Below are positions 24,661 through 38,959 of a stretch of 64,000 nt of DNA, in pieces. Under the pieces are notes generated by a model. The model made no database searches. It had not been told where the DNA came from and saw only the letters and a program-made list of their open reading frames with translations. The stretch is taken from positions 48,856,001 through 48,920,000 of the forward strand of contig OZ336874.1 of the NCBI GenBank assembly GCA_965287045.1. The letters are read 5' to 3'. The first letter of the stretch is position 1; every line of letters begins with the position of its first letter. The DNA is from Carcharhinus amblyrhynchos. Its lineage: Eukaryota. Made by a program: the position numbers and the translations under genes.

Positions 24661-25687
24661 ACCAACATTCTTACAGACAGAATTTGTGCGATCCTTTCCA
24701 GTCCGATATTTTTCTGTAAAAGTGTATATGGGCAATCTTATCAAACAAATTTTCAAGTCACAAATGTATGTAAAATTGGGAGAGTTTTAGATCTATTTTT
24801 GCAGTGGGGCTACAAGACCAATCTTGTATCACTGTGCAAATATTAATGGGAAATGTTTCCCACCAGTAGGGGAAGGAGGTGGGGCGGGGCCTGAACTCAC
24901 TGGAAAGCTGGCGCACTCAGTAGAAGGCATAATCGTGCATGTACACATCTGTGTGCAACAGCATAGCGAGATCATTTAGACTTGGAGAGTTGGTTCTATT
25001 CTGCTGACCTGCTGTCAGACCTGCTGAGATTTTCCAGCATTTCCTGTTTTTGTTTCAGTTTCCAGCATCTGCAGTATTTTGCTTTTATTCCTTTGTGTTA
25101 GGTCTGTCTCCGGCGGGTGAAGAATTATCCCCCGATCCTCAATGACTTCAGATTCACTGTAATATCTTGGTACAGTGCCCAGCTGAATGTTGCTTTGATG
25201 TCGAGGGCAGTCACTGTCACCTCGCTTCTGGAATTCAGCTGTTTGTCCTTATTTGGGCCAAGGATGGAATGAGCTCTGGAGCCAAATGGGTCCAAAAATA
25301 GCATGAGTAGCGGTCCCGTGCTAGTGTTGTTGAGGATTCGTTCCATCATTTTGATGATTAGCAGTAGGCTGCTGGGGCAGGAATTATCTGGGCTGCATTG
25401 GTCCTTTTTATGGATAGGTCTTATCGAAGCAATTTTTTCATGTTGTAGCTGTACTGCAAGATTGGTTAGTGATGCAGTTTGTTCTGGAGCACAAGTTTGG
25501 CTTGGTTTTATTGAGGCCTGTTTCACATGAAGTGAACTGAATTAGCCAGATTGGCATCTGCAATTGGAGTGCAACAATTTTCTGGCCCTTTCTTCAATTT
25601 AAGCTCTAACAATTTATTTACTACCCCAGGGGCTGAAAGGTTTTGGGATTAATGTACCGTCTGTGCTTTGCCAAACTGCTGCTCTGT

Positions 25688-25975
25688 TTTAGTTTAGTTA
25701 TTTATTAGTGTCACAAGTAAGCTTACATTAACACGGCAATGAAGTTGCTGTGAAAATCCCCTAGTTGCCACACTCCGGCGCCTGTTCGGGTACACTGAGA
25801 ATTTAGCATGGCCAGTGTACATAACCAGCATGTTTTTCGCACTGCGGAGGGACCTGGATCACCCAGAGGAAACCCACACAGACACAGGGAGAACATGCAG
25901 ACAGTGACCCAAGCCGTGAATCAAACTTGGGTCCCTTGTGCTGTGAGGCAGCAGTGCTAACCATTGTGCCACTTT
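25688..25975 (-). mobile_element. V-SINE/HE1-like SINE type A
   Basis: Reverse complement of the type A sequence. A partial copy also lies at 26205-26375. Confidence 0.88.
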
Positions 25976-27087
25976 GGGTGTGATGTTAAAACAGTGGTTA
26001 GGGGTCAATTCCCAAAAGTGGGCAAATGGCCCATTTTATGCCATTTTTGTCTTATGGCGGTAAGTGCAAATGTTGTGTTAGTGCTGGAGCACCAATACTC
26101 AGAAATGAGCTGGGACAATGACTCATCATTGTCACATTTGGCCCATCAAGCATGCACTGACAACAATCCCACCTGGGCATTATCTCCATAACACCACGTA
26201 CTTACCCCCACCACTAAGGGTCAATTTAGCATAGCCAATCAACCTAACCTGTGGGAGGAAACTGGAGTACCTGGAGGAAACCCATGTAGACTTGGGGAAA
26301 ATGTGCAAACTCCACACAGACAGTGACTGGAGGCTGGAATTGACAGTGTGAGGCAGCACTGTGCCACCGTGCTGCATAATGCTTAAGAAGTAATTCCAGC
26401 TATTGGTCACTGTTTAATTTTCATCAGTAGATGGCACTGCTGCATATCAAGAAACACAATACACAGGATCATCTGGCCTTGTCTCCCTCTGAGCCATGGT
26501 ATCATTTTTACCTGGAAATGATTCATTTGACAGCAGTTGACTTTGAGCCCCCTTGCATGATCTACCTCAAAGCAATTTATATTTTCATATTATTTCTATT
26601 TTCATTACTTGGAAAAGATTGCTGTTACCTGGAGACATTTGCATATCAAAAACCATTTCTTATACTTGCAATTTATGGAGATACAGAGCAAAATTAATAA
26701 ATTTTAAATGGTTGTTGAAAATTAACCCTGCTCATTTTGTGAAGTTACGATCGCGTATCTCCATCTACCCTCAGTGTGTGTGACCTTCATCTTTTACCAC
26801 GCGCACACCATATATGCACAATGCTGTTCGATATTTACGTATTTATTGTGCACATATTTACCAATCAAAAGCAATGTTTATTTGAAACTGAAATTGGAAA
26901 GGGGTGGGCTGAAATTTTCCAAAATAGAAAGCTGGCATCAAATGTCTGTTTTCAAAACAAAACTTTTGTTTTTGTGGAGGGATTAATTACTCAGGTTACT
27001 ACGATCGTCATCGACAAGAACATCAGAACCAATCTACTCCTTTTCCCTGCTGCCATTTTGTCTGCTTCTGAAAGGAACACAACATAA

Positions 27088-27835
27088 GTGCGAGGTGATT
27101 CATTTTGATAGGACAAACTTGAATGCAGATTACAGGGTCTATGGCAGGGTTCTGAGGAATGTGGAGGAACAGAGAGATCTTGGGGTTCATATTCACAGAT
27201 CTCTGAAGGTTGCCACTCAAGTGGATAGGCTTATAGTATGTTAGCGTTTATTAACAGGGGGTTTGAGTTTAAGAGCAGTGGAGTTATGCTGCAACTTTAC
27301 TGGACGTTGGTGAGACCACATTTGGAATATTGTGTTCAGTTCTGGTCACCTCACTATAAGAAGGATGTGGAAGCATTGGAGAGAGTGCAGTGGAGATCTA
27401 CCAGGATGCTTCCTGGTTTGGAGGGTAGGTCTTATGAGGAAAGGTTGAGGGAGCTGGGGCTTTTCTCTTTAGAGTGGAGGAGGCTGAGAGGCAACTTAAT
27501 AGAGGTTTATAAGATGATGAGGGGGATAGGTAGAGTGGATGTGCAGAGACTATTTCCTCGGGTGGATGTAGCTGTTTCTAGGGGCCATAAATATAAGGTT
27601 CATGGTGGGACATATAGGAGGGATGTCTGAGGTAGATTCTTCATTCAGAGAGTGGTTGGGGTGTGGAATACACTGGCTGCTGTGATAGTGGAGTTAGACA
27701 CTTTAGGAACTTGCAAGCGGCTTTTGGACTCCAGAATTATAGAGAATGGGATAGCTTGATCTTGGGATCGGACATAGCTCGGCACAACACTGAGGGCTGA
27801 AGGGCCTGTACTGTGCTGTACTGTTCTATGTTCTA
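27088..27835 (+). mobile_element. CR1 LINE 5'-truncated copy
   Basis: ORF 27238-27630 LYWTLVRPHLEYCVQFWSPHYKKDVEALERVQ. 3' tail ctgttctatgttct. Confidence 0.92.
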
Positions 27836-29589
27836 AAAGATGCCCGTCTAAATTTGGGAAAAAATTCATTCTGGGGCAGATAAAATGAAAAGCTGAGTCA
27901 TTTGCAATAGCTTCTGAAAATATTTAGACGAAGTAATTGCTTATGAATTAGCATTTCCATTATTTGTTGAGAAGTTTTATGCCTACTCTCAGCAGCAATA
28001 ACTTTTGACTGAATTCCAGCAGCACGTCAGGGGGGAAGAATTTTTGTCAGACCGCATCCTCTGAGACTTCAGTGCAACTTCAGTCTGGAGCAAGTTTTGC
28101 TACTAAATGTAAAATTATCTCTTGTTTTTTGGAAAATATTTCTAGTAATACAAGTAGTTTAAGCTTTGACTTGCCCGACATATTTTGAAATGGATTCAGG
28201 TTTTTGAAACCACAGAAGCCTTTCTTGAGTGAATGAGATTATTAAGCAGCTGTCTTCGATTGTACAGTAACCACCCTGGCGCCAATTTTCAAAAGTGCTA
28301 ATAATATTGCACAAGAGTACTTCTAGCTCACATTATCTGCAAGTTTTTTCACAGTGAGGAGCCAAGATAAGTAGGTGTGTTCCCATGAGGGAAATTTTCC
28401 CAGAACTCGCACATCATTCCTGCGTATCATATCTTATATGTTTGGATTTGCTTTACCACCACGAATCAAAATGACTTGCGACTATATTGACTTATTCAGA
28501 AAATCTACAAGTGAAATTGCATAAGGCAGCCACAGGACAAGTCCCAACAGTTCACTCAGAACAAATCATATAATGTGCACTGCAAGTAATGCATGTGCTA
28601 TCATTCAGTTAAGCCGTTGGTTCCCCAGTTGCCCTGATGATGTGATTCTGAGCCATGCAGGCAACAAAAGGCAGCACCAGCAAATATTGAGCGGAGAAAG
28701 CGGATACCCCAACCCCTGCTGCAGCAGCTTCTCCTTGAAATACCCGAAGCAATTCCCCATCTCCCAGCAACAGCTATTTTTCCAAACAAGTCGCATTCTT
28801 TTGAATGTATTTATTCAAATGTAGGACATTCTGTACCAATGACCTGGGAGTCTTGAAATAAATACTGTTGTATGTTTCATAACCAGTTGTTTTTCACAGT
28901 TAATTTACACTACAAAGCACATTTAGTTTCCGATAGGGGGATAGGTTGCAAACTGTAAACATTCTTTCTTAACTTTTGTTTTTAATGTGGTGTTTTGCAT
29001 TTTAAATTTAATAATTAACTGACCAAGCTATGCTCAGCAGACTGTATTTGTGGAAGCACCGTCACATTGAGTGCTGTATATTTTTATTGGCACTTCACAG
29101 TACACAGGGAGATTTGGGTCAAAGCATAATCAGGAGCTGTAAGTCTGCTGAGGTGCCACTGGTTAAGACTGTAGGCTGAATTCACCCCCTCCTGTAGTCT
29201 GGAACTGAAATCGATGACTCAGAAATATCGATGGCACAGTGTTAATCAGGGACAGGACAGTAATCCTACTCCTTTTCGTTTGTGCCCCAAAAGGGGTCAG
29301 TGGGACAAAGGCAGTTTCAGCATTTGGTAAGGGGATGCCCTTGGCATAAGGAAGTATTTGGGAGAGTGGGCAGTCAGCCCCACATAATTCTATCCCTATG
29401 CTGCCAAGGTGGTAAAGCTTTCAAAGACAATTGGGCAGCCGCCTGTAGGAAAGGAATGCTGCAGCTGACAACGGGAGCACGTCAATTCGATTCTGGGGGC
29501 TAAAGGACAACATCTTTCACAGGAAGGCTGGAACCTCAAACAGCGAAATAACATGGGAGAAGCAAGAGAGGAGGGAATAGGAGGCCCAA

Positions 29590-30065
29590 CCGTCAACACA
29601 AGATTTACTGCCGTAGACGAAGTTTCCTCAAGATGATGGAGAACCAGTGATATGTACAACTGCAACTCTCTGGCTATCTCTTTGCTGAACACCTCACACT
29701 TTGCAGTACTGCTTACCATGTCCTGCTAGCAGCCATCAAAGTCAGTATGGCCTTGAACCTCTTTGCTTCTGGTTTCTTCCAGGCATTGACTGCACGCTCA
29801 AGTGGCATCTGAGAAGCAACTGCACACTTCTGTGTCTCACAAATCATTAGTGTCCTATTTGCCAGACCTGAAGCACGCATTCATTGCATGACATACCTGG
29901 CCTCTCAGAAACAGAAGGTGTGGGAATTTGCTGCCTTCGCTGGATTTCCCCCAGTGTTGAACTGATCCTGTGAACACAGCAGGAGATTCCTGTGCACTCA
30001 GTTTCCTGCAAAAGCAGTTATGGATTCCTTCATCCCACAGCAGTCCAGGCTGCTTCAGACCATCA
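29590..30065 (+). pseudogene. Decayed PIF/Harbinger (HARBI1-like) transposase
   Basis: Fragmentary translations IYCRRRSFLKMMENQ*, AIKVSMALNLFASGFFQ..SGI*EATAHFCVSQIISVLFAR and EFAAFAGFPQ match Harbinger transposase motifs. Contains stops and deletions. Confidence 0.7.
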
Positions 30066-30639
30066 CTCCAATCATCAAAGTGTGTGCATGAGAGCAGGAG
30101 TAGGCCATACGAGCCTGCTCTCCCACAGCGGACCTCAAATCTGCATCCCACCTCTTCCTGATAACCTATCACCCTCCTTACTTACCAAAAATGTACCCAC
30201 CTCTGCCTTAAAAATATTCAAAGCCTCAAAAATATTCAGCTTCTCAGAATGAGAGTTCCAAATAGCCACGACCCGGAGTGAAAAAAATTCACCTCATCCC
30301 CATTTTAATGGCCAACCCATTGATTTTAAACACGAATCCCCTTGAATGCATCCTTAGCAGCAATAGATCCCTTGCAGACATATCTACAGTACATCAACAA
30401 ATGGCATTTCAAAACTAGGTGAATAAACAAAAGTCGAAGTGGATTGAATTCTTTGATGAAGATATTGTAGTTTATATTCTGTAAAAGGACTTTCTGAAGG
30501 AGATTGACAAAGTTCCACATAGTAAAGTTTGTAACAAAACTAAAGCCTATGAGATTAAAGGGACAAATGGAAACATGAATATAAAATTGGCTCAGAGTGA
30601 AAAAGCAAGGAGTAGCAGTGAAGAGTTTTTCAAACCGGA

Positions 30640-32282
30640 GAGGGATTTACAAAGTAAAGTGCTCAGTTGGCGGGAAAAATGATGTAAATCACAATTGTTT
30701 TCTCAATGGGAGTTCAGACCTGAATCTCCCACACTCTGTGCAATGAGAGGTCACAATCGTGAATATCATTAAAAGGTCAGGAGGGCGGGGCCTATTCACA
30801 CTGGAGTCTGACAATTCTGGAACTCTGCGCGTGTGCAGTGGTCCCGAACTGTCGGACTGCCGTTTGATGGCCAGTCCAGCACCCCCAAAGTGCCACCCCA
30901 CAGCCCGACCATGGCCCATACAAGCATTCCCAGGCCAGCCCAGACCACCTCCCCTCCTCCCCACCATCCCGGAGCACTGGATTCTCCCACCCTTGCACCG
31001 CACACCCCCCCCCCCCCCCCCCCGGCAGCAGTGACAATCCGCCACACCCCCTGCCAGCAGACCACCCCCCCACTGACCACTACCCTCATGAAAGACAGAC
31101 CTCTCTGGGAGACAGACCCACCTCCCCCTCCCGCCCCATGAGACCGCCCTTGGCCTCCCTCCAGCCCTGACCAGTCTTATCTGCAGAGTGATAGCAGGCC
31201 CTGTCCCCTTGATCCGGCCCTGCCCCTTGGCACTGTCTGATGGCCAGTGGGCAATTCCAAGATGTCCTCTGGGCATGGGCACTTTTTTCTTATTCATTTG
31301 TGGGACATGAAGTAGCTGGCTGGCCAGCATTTATTGTCCATCCCTAGTTGCCCTTGAGAAGGTGGTGGCAAGCTGCCTTCTTGAATCCATGCAATCTACA
31401 TGTTGTGGGTTGACCACAATACCGTTAGGGAGGGAATTAGTAAGAAGTAGTAAGGAGGACTTTGCAGGGTCGACAGGGCTGTTTGTTTTGCTGTTGATGT
31501 TTCTGATTAGGTCGATGCCAGGTGGTCCATCCATTTCTTCATTGAGACTTTGTAGCGATTGTTACAACTAAGTGGCTTTCTAGCCCGTTTCAGGGGGCAA
31601 TTAAGAGTCAACCACATTGCTGTGGTTCTGGAGTCACATTGGTAAGCCAGACCAGGTAAGATGGCAGATTTCCTCCCCTAAAGGACATTAGTGAATCAGA
31701 TGGGTTTTTCTGACAATCAGCAATGATTTCATGGTCATCAGTAGACTCTTAATCCCAGATTTTTTTTACTGAATTCAAATTCCACCATCTGCCGTGGCGG
31801 GATTTGAACCCGGGTCCCCAGAACATTACCTGGGTTTCTGGATTAATAGTCAAGCGATAATACCACTGGGCCATCAAGTCCTCCTTGGGCAGTGCCAGGG
31901 AGCATCAACCCCCACCACCTGACCCCCTGATTGTTCCCCCTTCACTCCAGCAGAGCCTCCTGTTAGCTCCCCAAATATGGGGAGCTATTATAAGCCCCGC
32001 TGGAGTGAAATACTCCTGGTTGGGTGGGAGATGTTATCAGACCCAGAGAATTCAGTCCCAGGCCTGATAATGACATTTAAAATAGATTAAAAATAGATTT
32101 AAATCACTTACCTTGTCCTCCCTCTGGTTTCCAGCGTGGTTCCAACTGTGCCTGCTTTCTGGCTGTGAGAAACACGCATGCATCAGAAATACATGCGCAA
32201 ATCCCACAAAATGGTCGACAAGCGCATCTCCCAACCTGCGCATCAAAAACATGTGCGTCGGGATGGGAGAATCAGGCCCAGT
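30640..32282. mobile_element. GC-rich Harbinger-type non-autonomous element(s) with nested long SINE C (31285-31885)
   Basis: C-rich tracts, termini such as gagaattcagtccc and ggagaatcaggccc. Inserted in a CR1 fragment that resumes at ~32283. Confidence 0.55.
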
Positions 32283-33310
32283 ATATTTGGATTTCTAAAA
32301 GGCATTCAACAGCATGTCGCCTAAAAGTTACTGCTCAAGTTAAGAGCATATGGTATTTGGAATGATAGATTACCTGGATATAGGATTGATTAACTAAGAG
32401 GAAACAGAGACTCAGGAAAATGAGTCATTTTCAAGTTGTCAAACAGTAATTAGTGTAGTGCCTCAGGTGCTAGGTCAGTGCTAGGTCCTCGACTGTTTAC
32501 AACCTATATTAGTGACTTGGATGAAGGGAGAGAGCCGACATTGTAGCCAAATTTACTCATGACACAAAAATAGGGAGGCAAGCAAATTGTGCAGAGGACA
32601 TAAGGAGATTGTAAGCATTTATTGGTTAAGTAAGAGGGCAAAATATTGGCAGATGCAAGAAAATGTGAGGTTGTCCACTTTGACAGCAAGGACAGTAAAG
32701 CAGTATATTATCTGAAAGGACTGAGACTGCAGAATGTTGCAGATAGAGGGATCTGGGTGTTTTGTTTTATTAGTTCAGGGAATGTGGACATTTATTGCCA
32801 GTCCCTAATTGCTGTTGAACTGGGGCATTTAAGAATCAACCATATTGCTGTGGGTCGGGAGTCACATATAGGCCAGACTAAGTGAGGAAGGTAGATTTCC
32901 TTCCCTAAAGGACATTCGTCAACCAGATGGGTTTTACTATAACCAACAATGGTTTTATGGCCATCATTGGACCTTTAATTCCAGATTTTTAAAATTTGTT
33001 TCAAATTTCACTGTCTAACGTGATGGGATTTGAACCCAGGTCTCTGGATTACTAGTCCGGTGACAATATCACTATGTCATTGCCTCGCCTTTACAACTCC
33101 TGAGGTACTGAAAGCAGTTTGTGCTTGAATGGTCCAGGAAGTAGTTGATGCCAAAACGTTGAATGTATTCAAGAGATAGCTTGGAGTGAATGGGATCAAA
33201 GATTATGGGGGAAAGCAGGATTAGGTTACTGAGTTGGACAATCAGCCATGATTGCAATGAATGTCAGAACAAATGACCTCTTCCTGCTCCTATCTTCTAT
33301 GTTTCTATTG
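32283..33310 (+). mobile_element. Degraded CR1 RT fragment interrupted by SINE C
   Basis: tatttggatttctaaaaggcattc (YLDF.KAF), RKCEVVHF, and a CR1 3' end at ~33290. Confidence 0.7.
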
Positions 33311-36300
33311 CAACATCTCCAGTGGCACCCCCACATCTGCCAGCTCCACCACCCAGGTCAAAGTCTGCAGGTATAAAAAAAACACCCCCAATTCAACTCA
33401 CACACCATTGGACTTGGATTTAGATCATAGTTTCTTCCTTGTTGCTGGGTCAAAATCCTGGACTTCCCTGCCTAGCAGTACAATCAGAGTGCCTTCACCA
33501 CATGGACTGCAGCAATTCAAGAAGAAGGCACATCTGCACATTATTAAAGGCAAACTGGGAGTTGGCACTAAATGCTGATCTTGCCAGTCATACCCACATC
33601 TCATGAATTAATTTTTTAAAAAGCTTGTTGTTTGTACAAAAGACAAGTCTCAAATTGCTTACACTTGCCTCCAGAGGCCCAGGGTTCGAATCCCATCACG
33701 GCAAATGGTGAAATTTGAATTCAATAAAGATCTGGAATTAAATATCTAATATGACCATGAAACCATTGCTGGTTGTCGGAAAAACCCATTTGATTCACGA
33801 ATGTCCTTTAGGGAAGGAAATCTGCCATCCTTACCTGGCCTGGTCCACATGTGACTCTGAACCCACAGCAATGTGTTGACTCTCAAATGAAGTCAGGGAT
33901 GGGCAATAAATGCTGGTCCAACCAGCAATGTACCGTCCCATGAACAAATAAAAAAATCCACTTTGTCAAAGGGAATGGCTGGCGTCGCTGTGGATTGTGA
34001 CACTTGGCAACACATAAACATTGCATTTGTTAGTTTAATTTTAAATTGAGGATTGACACTTTAAAGAATGATAAGTACTGGGAGGGAGAAGTTTCCAATT
34101 TTGAAAGAAGCTTTTCAACCACCCACCTTAAAATTCTTATAAATTGATTTGTTATCTGAAATTGGAGAGTAACGAATCTAACACTGAGAAGCAAGTGCCA
34201 AATACTTAATTATCAAGTGTGAACAAATTTTTCATTTGGTTTTGTTTATCAGTTATATTTTGTTACTCTTGAAGCTGTTTCCACTAATCTTTTTCTTCTG
34301 CTATGCATGCCCAATGCACACAAAGCCTCATCAAACAACATCAGCAAAACATTTTAATTCGCTGCGATGTGTCCATGTGGAAGCGATTTTATTATTAACA
34401 ATGAATTATCAATGTGTTCAGAAAAGAAAAGCATGGTCCTCATGGTAGGAAGCACTGCAGGAAATGAGGAACACATTTCCCATCTCTCTTTCAGGGGGGA
34501 GCCTTTGGTACACCTTCGTACAATCTTCACTGTCTACTTTTACTGCAATATTGTTTCTAACTGATTAGAATTTGATAGTATGTCACAATGCTATCCAATC
34601 ACAACTCTAGGATATTTTAATGTTTAAAGTAAAGTGGAAATAAGTTCCATTTCAAATAATTTGATTTGCTGGTGCATGTTATAATCACTTTAGCATGAGA
34701 AGAGCAATGTTATGACATCTGGTGCTAATTGTCTAATTGGTAGGAGCACTGAAACTATTTGCCCTCACCAGCTGCAGATGAATGTTTCTGTGCATGAAAT
34801 GAAACGTTTTTGAGACGTCAGTGGCAAACATTGCCTTATCAACTGCGAGTTACGTTTTCCATTTGCTGGAATGTCAGGAGGCCAATTCTGCATGACCACG
34901 TTCAAGGGAGCAGTGATCTGTTCTTGATCAGCCTTTCATCTTTCTGTAAAGACTGCACTGCAATCATGAGAAGTTAATTCAAATAGTAAGTAAGGCATTG
35001 AAGCAGTCTTCACTGTTTGTCCTTTTCCAACCACAGAAAGGCTTGGGATTGGGGAGAAAAGCTGAAGGAATTCTTCCTGACTAAGCCTAAAGGCAGATTG
35101 TTTTTGTGCTGAGTAAACAATCTGTTTTTGTATCATAAAGAAATGCTGATTGAGTCCTCCCCTATTGACTATTGATTCACATCTAATAGCATTACTAATG
35201 CCAGGCTGTGGAGACAAGAATAGGCTTTGATTTTTCCACCTCCTTTCCCTCGTTGCTAGCGCAGTGACTTATATTTGGATAAAATTCTGGAATTGGCACC
35301 TGGTCTCCAGAATTTTCAGTGGTCACTCTGAATGCATGAGAGTGAACAGCAAATGTCGGAAATTTTCACCGCTGGTTCCCTTATAGCCAAGTCTGATCCT
35401 GCCCTCCCGTGGTATTCACTGACAAAACACTTCCACAAGAGCAAACAGGAGCCTGCTTCCTGAAACTGAAGACAGAGAGGCCATTTGTGGCATTTAAAAT
35501 GTCACTTTGATTAAAGCTGAGTAAGTTAGCACAGACCGGAAATTAATGCCAGCATCTTCATGTCCTAATTCCTGACACGCACAGCTGACCAATTGGGGAT
35601 TCAACATTTAGCTCTCTTAATCTTTTCACTCAAAGTTTCTTATCACACATGTATCTTTTAATGGAATCAGTGATTAAAAAGGATGTTCCAAGGACTGACA
35701 ATCATCATAGGATTGAAGTTCTGTTCCAACCTTTCTACCCAACACCAGAGCTCAGCATTTCTGCTGGGACATCTGACCCCAACTTCCCCAGGAATGAGGA
35801 GCATTGCTGAAATGGAACTGCTTCCTTGTAGCACTGGAGCATTGGGGGAAGACAAGCCATGCTGCCTTTTTTACAGCTCTAGCTGATGTAGTCTACAAAG
35901 TAAAGAGTTTAAATATCCTAAAGCTTACTTGAAAAGCTACGGAAAGAAGGTGGAAGGGAGTAGAATGCATAAGATAAATGGGTAAGGGGTGGGGTGGATG
36001 AGGGATGAGGGTGGCAGCTGGGTAGGGTGCTAAGGTCAGGTCAGGGGATATTGGAGGTGGGTCAGAGTGTCAAGTTGCGGGATGGGGGTGTTGGGGGTGG
36101 GGGGGGGGGGGTGGTGCGGCGGGGGTCTGGACTGTCCATGTGGGTGATGAGGGGTACAGTTGTACAGTTACCAAGATGTACACCGGATTTCTCTGTTCAA
36201 CTTTCCCTGGGTTATTACTGAACCAAGATATGACAGAACAAATTCCTTGTGACTGCAAGGTAACAGAAGTATAAAGAATGGATTGAGTTAGTGTCTTTGC

Positions 36301-36599
36301 CAAACATGTTTGAAATATCACTGAAAAACATGTTGAATTTTATTCCAATTCTAGTTGAATGTTTTTGTGGTTTTTTTGAGTCAATGCCAAATGGACAGTA
36401 ATGATCTATAGCATTTTGCAAAATTGACTTTAATGTCTCCAAGGCACTGACACAGTCCTCAAAGAGGTTGTTTTCATCAATGATATCAGAAGCAGCAGCC
36501 CCCACTGGCAAATCAAAACACCAGCAAACACCATCTCACATGTATGAGAAATCCACCTACCCACTGTTGACAAAGCAGAGTGCAGCACAGGTTGCCCTA

Positions 36600-37835
36600 C
36601 CATAATCTTGAATTTATATCATTCTCTAACTTCTCTCCTATCTTCACTCATCGTGTCCGTCGAACCCATCTCCTGCTCCCTCAATTCTATTCCCACCAAA
36701 CTGCTGGCCAGCCAACTTCCCTCTGTAGCCCCACATGAGCTGATATTGTTATTGGATTTCTCTCTATTGTTACATCATCCTCTCTTTCAAGTCTGCTGTC
36801 ATCACCTCTCCCCTCAAAAATATTAACCCACGACCCCACCATACTTGTGAACTTTCACCTCCATTGCAAACCTCCCTTTCTACTCCAAAGTCCTTAAACA
36901 AGTTGTTGCCTCCCAAATCTTATTGAAGCGTAGAAGATCCTGAGGAGACCTGGCCAGGCTGATGCTGAGAATGGTTCCCCTTGTGGGAAAGACGAGAACT
37001 GGGGACACAATTGAAAAGTTACAGGTCCTCTGTGTAACACTGAGTGAGGAGAATTTTTTTTCTCTCAAGAGGGTCTTGAATCTCTGTTTTAGCCAGACAA
37101 CATTAAAGGCAGTGTTAGTGAATATCTCTAAGACAGAGGTAGATAGATTCTTGATTAACAAGGAAATCAAAGGGCATGTGAGGGTGGAGGGGAGGAAATT
37201 ATTGAATTATGGAGCAATCTTGAGGGGTCAAATGGCCTACTCCTGCTCCTAACTTGTATGTTCACAAGTTGTTTGTAAATCCATGCTCATGTTTCCTGGA
37301 ATCCCATGTTTGAATCCCACCAAAAAGAATTCTGCTCCTGTGACAGAACTCTTCACAAGTTACAGCTGAAAGGTAAATTAGCTGTCTTTGTCCTTTGTGA
37401 CCTGAATACATCCTTTATCGCAGCTGACCACCATTTTCCTCAAACACCTCTCCCCTGTCATTCAGCTGGGTGGGACTGAAACCGCCTTGCTCCATTCTTA
37501 TCCATCTAAAAGTAACCAGAGTATCACTGGCAGTGGCTTCTTTTGGCATCTTTGCCCAACTTGTTTGAATTGTATTGAATGTCCACAATTTTAATCGCCC
37601 TGCCTTTGGTGGCCGGGCCTTCAGCTGCTTAAGCCCTAAACTGTAGAATTCCCACCTTAAACTTCTCCACCACTCTGCCTTGCTCGAAACAAATCTATCT
37701 GACCAAGCTTTTGGCCATCTGCTTTAATAGTGCTTTATGTGGCTCAATGTCAAATTTTACCTTATAACACTACCGTGAAGTGCCTTGGGATGTTTTATGA
37801 CGTTAAAGACTGTAAGTAAATATAACTTGTTGTTG
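36600..37835 (+). mobile_element. L2 LINE remnant interrupted by a CR1 3' fragment (36920-37265)
   Basis: SCSLNSIPTKLL motif. L2 tail gtgaagtgccttgggatgttt..cttgttgttg. Confidence 0.7.
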
Positions 37836-38309
37836 AATATCCTTTGATCATGAACAGGCTTATATATTAAGAAAAATGTGCTTTCAATAGAACTGCTGAG
37901 CATGATTTAAGTGTAATTCATAACATTGTTCAGTGATATTTCAAACAAATTTGGACAAAAAAAGACAAGGTCACTTCTCCCTTTGCTGTGTACTGTTGAT
38001 TTGTAAGTATTTATCCTTTGTAACGATGGTTCTCAGAGGGAGAATAACTTTTGGTTCATGAGGAGGCTTAAACTTCTCAAACATTTTTTTAAAGTTTCCA
38101 GGATTGATGTATCTGTGATCATTGCCAGGCATAGTCAGAGAAGAAAATAGATTCAACTGTACAATCAAAACATGCTATTAACTTTACACTCCAAATCATC
38201 ACTGTCTAAATATGAGATGTAGTGGAGGCAATAAAAGATAATTGTTTTCTCGTTGCGTGTCACAAATTGCCCCTGTTCTGTAACACGAAATATGAATGAG
38301 TAACATGAA

Positions 38310-38620
38310 AGAGTTTAATTTATTTATTAGTGTCACAAGTAGGTTTACATTAACACTGCAATGAAGTTACTGTGAAAACCCTCTAGTCGCCACACTCTGG
38401 TGCCTGTTCAGGTATACTGAGAAAGAATTAAGTGTGGCTAATGCACCTAACCACCACATCTTTTGAACTGTGCGAGGAAATCGGAGCACCCAGAGGAAAC
38501 CCATGCAGACACAGGGGGAACGTGCAGATTCCACACAGACAGTGACCCAAGCCAGGAATCAAACCTGGGTCCCTGGCACTGTGAAGCAGCAATGCAAACC
38601 ACTGTGCCACAATGCTGTCC
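38310..38620 (-). mobile_element. V-SINE/HE1-like SINE type A
   Basis: Reverse complement of the type A sequence. Confidence 0.88.
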
Positions 38621-38959
38621 CCTTTTAGAGGTTGCATTTGCACAGAGCAGAATATGTCATTATATCATTTGATATTCAGTTTTGCATTAATTCACCATCT
38701 CATGGAGGGGATATAATAAAGGTGGATGAAGGTCGAATTAATTTTGGTCAATTTGTTTTCTATCAGGTTGGTATTATTTCCATCTAGGGGAAATCTGAAA
38801 TCTTTATCTTCCTATTTCCTTTGATGACAGATCTCTGCTTTAAATGCCAATTTTTCTTCAGCATCCTTGAATGTGAAAAGACTCCACTACGGAAAAACTC
38901 TCGACAAGTGTATCCTTGTGATGCTATTGTTGACAAATAGCTGTGGTTTTGCATACAGA

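Noticed and set aside
28633-28651. Box C/D snoRNA-like TGATGA...CTGA
   Set aside because: The boxes are only 7 nt apart, with no terminal stem or guide region.
30689-31330. 213-aa Gly-rich ORF and overlapping Pro-rich ORFs
   Set aside because: These arise from GC-rich, poly-C repeat sequence with few stop codons in any frame. No recognisable domain.
36215-36511. 98-aa minus-strand ORF with a protein-like stretch
   Set aside because: Non-ATG start, no recognisable motif and no convincing splice sites. It cannot be supported without a search.
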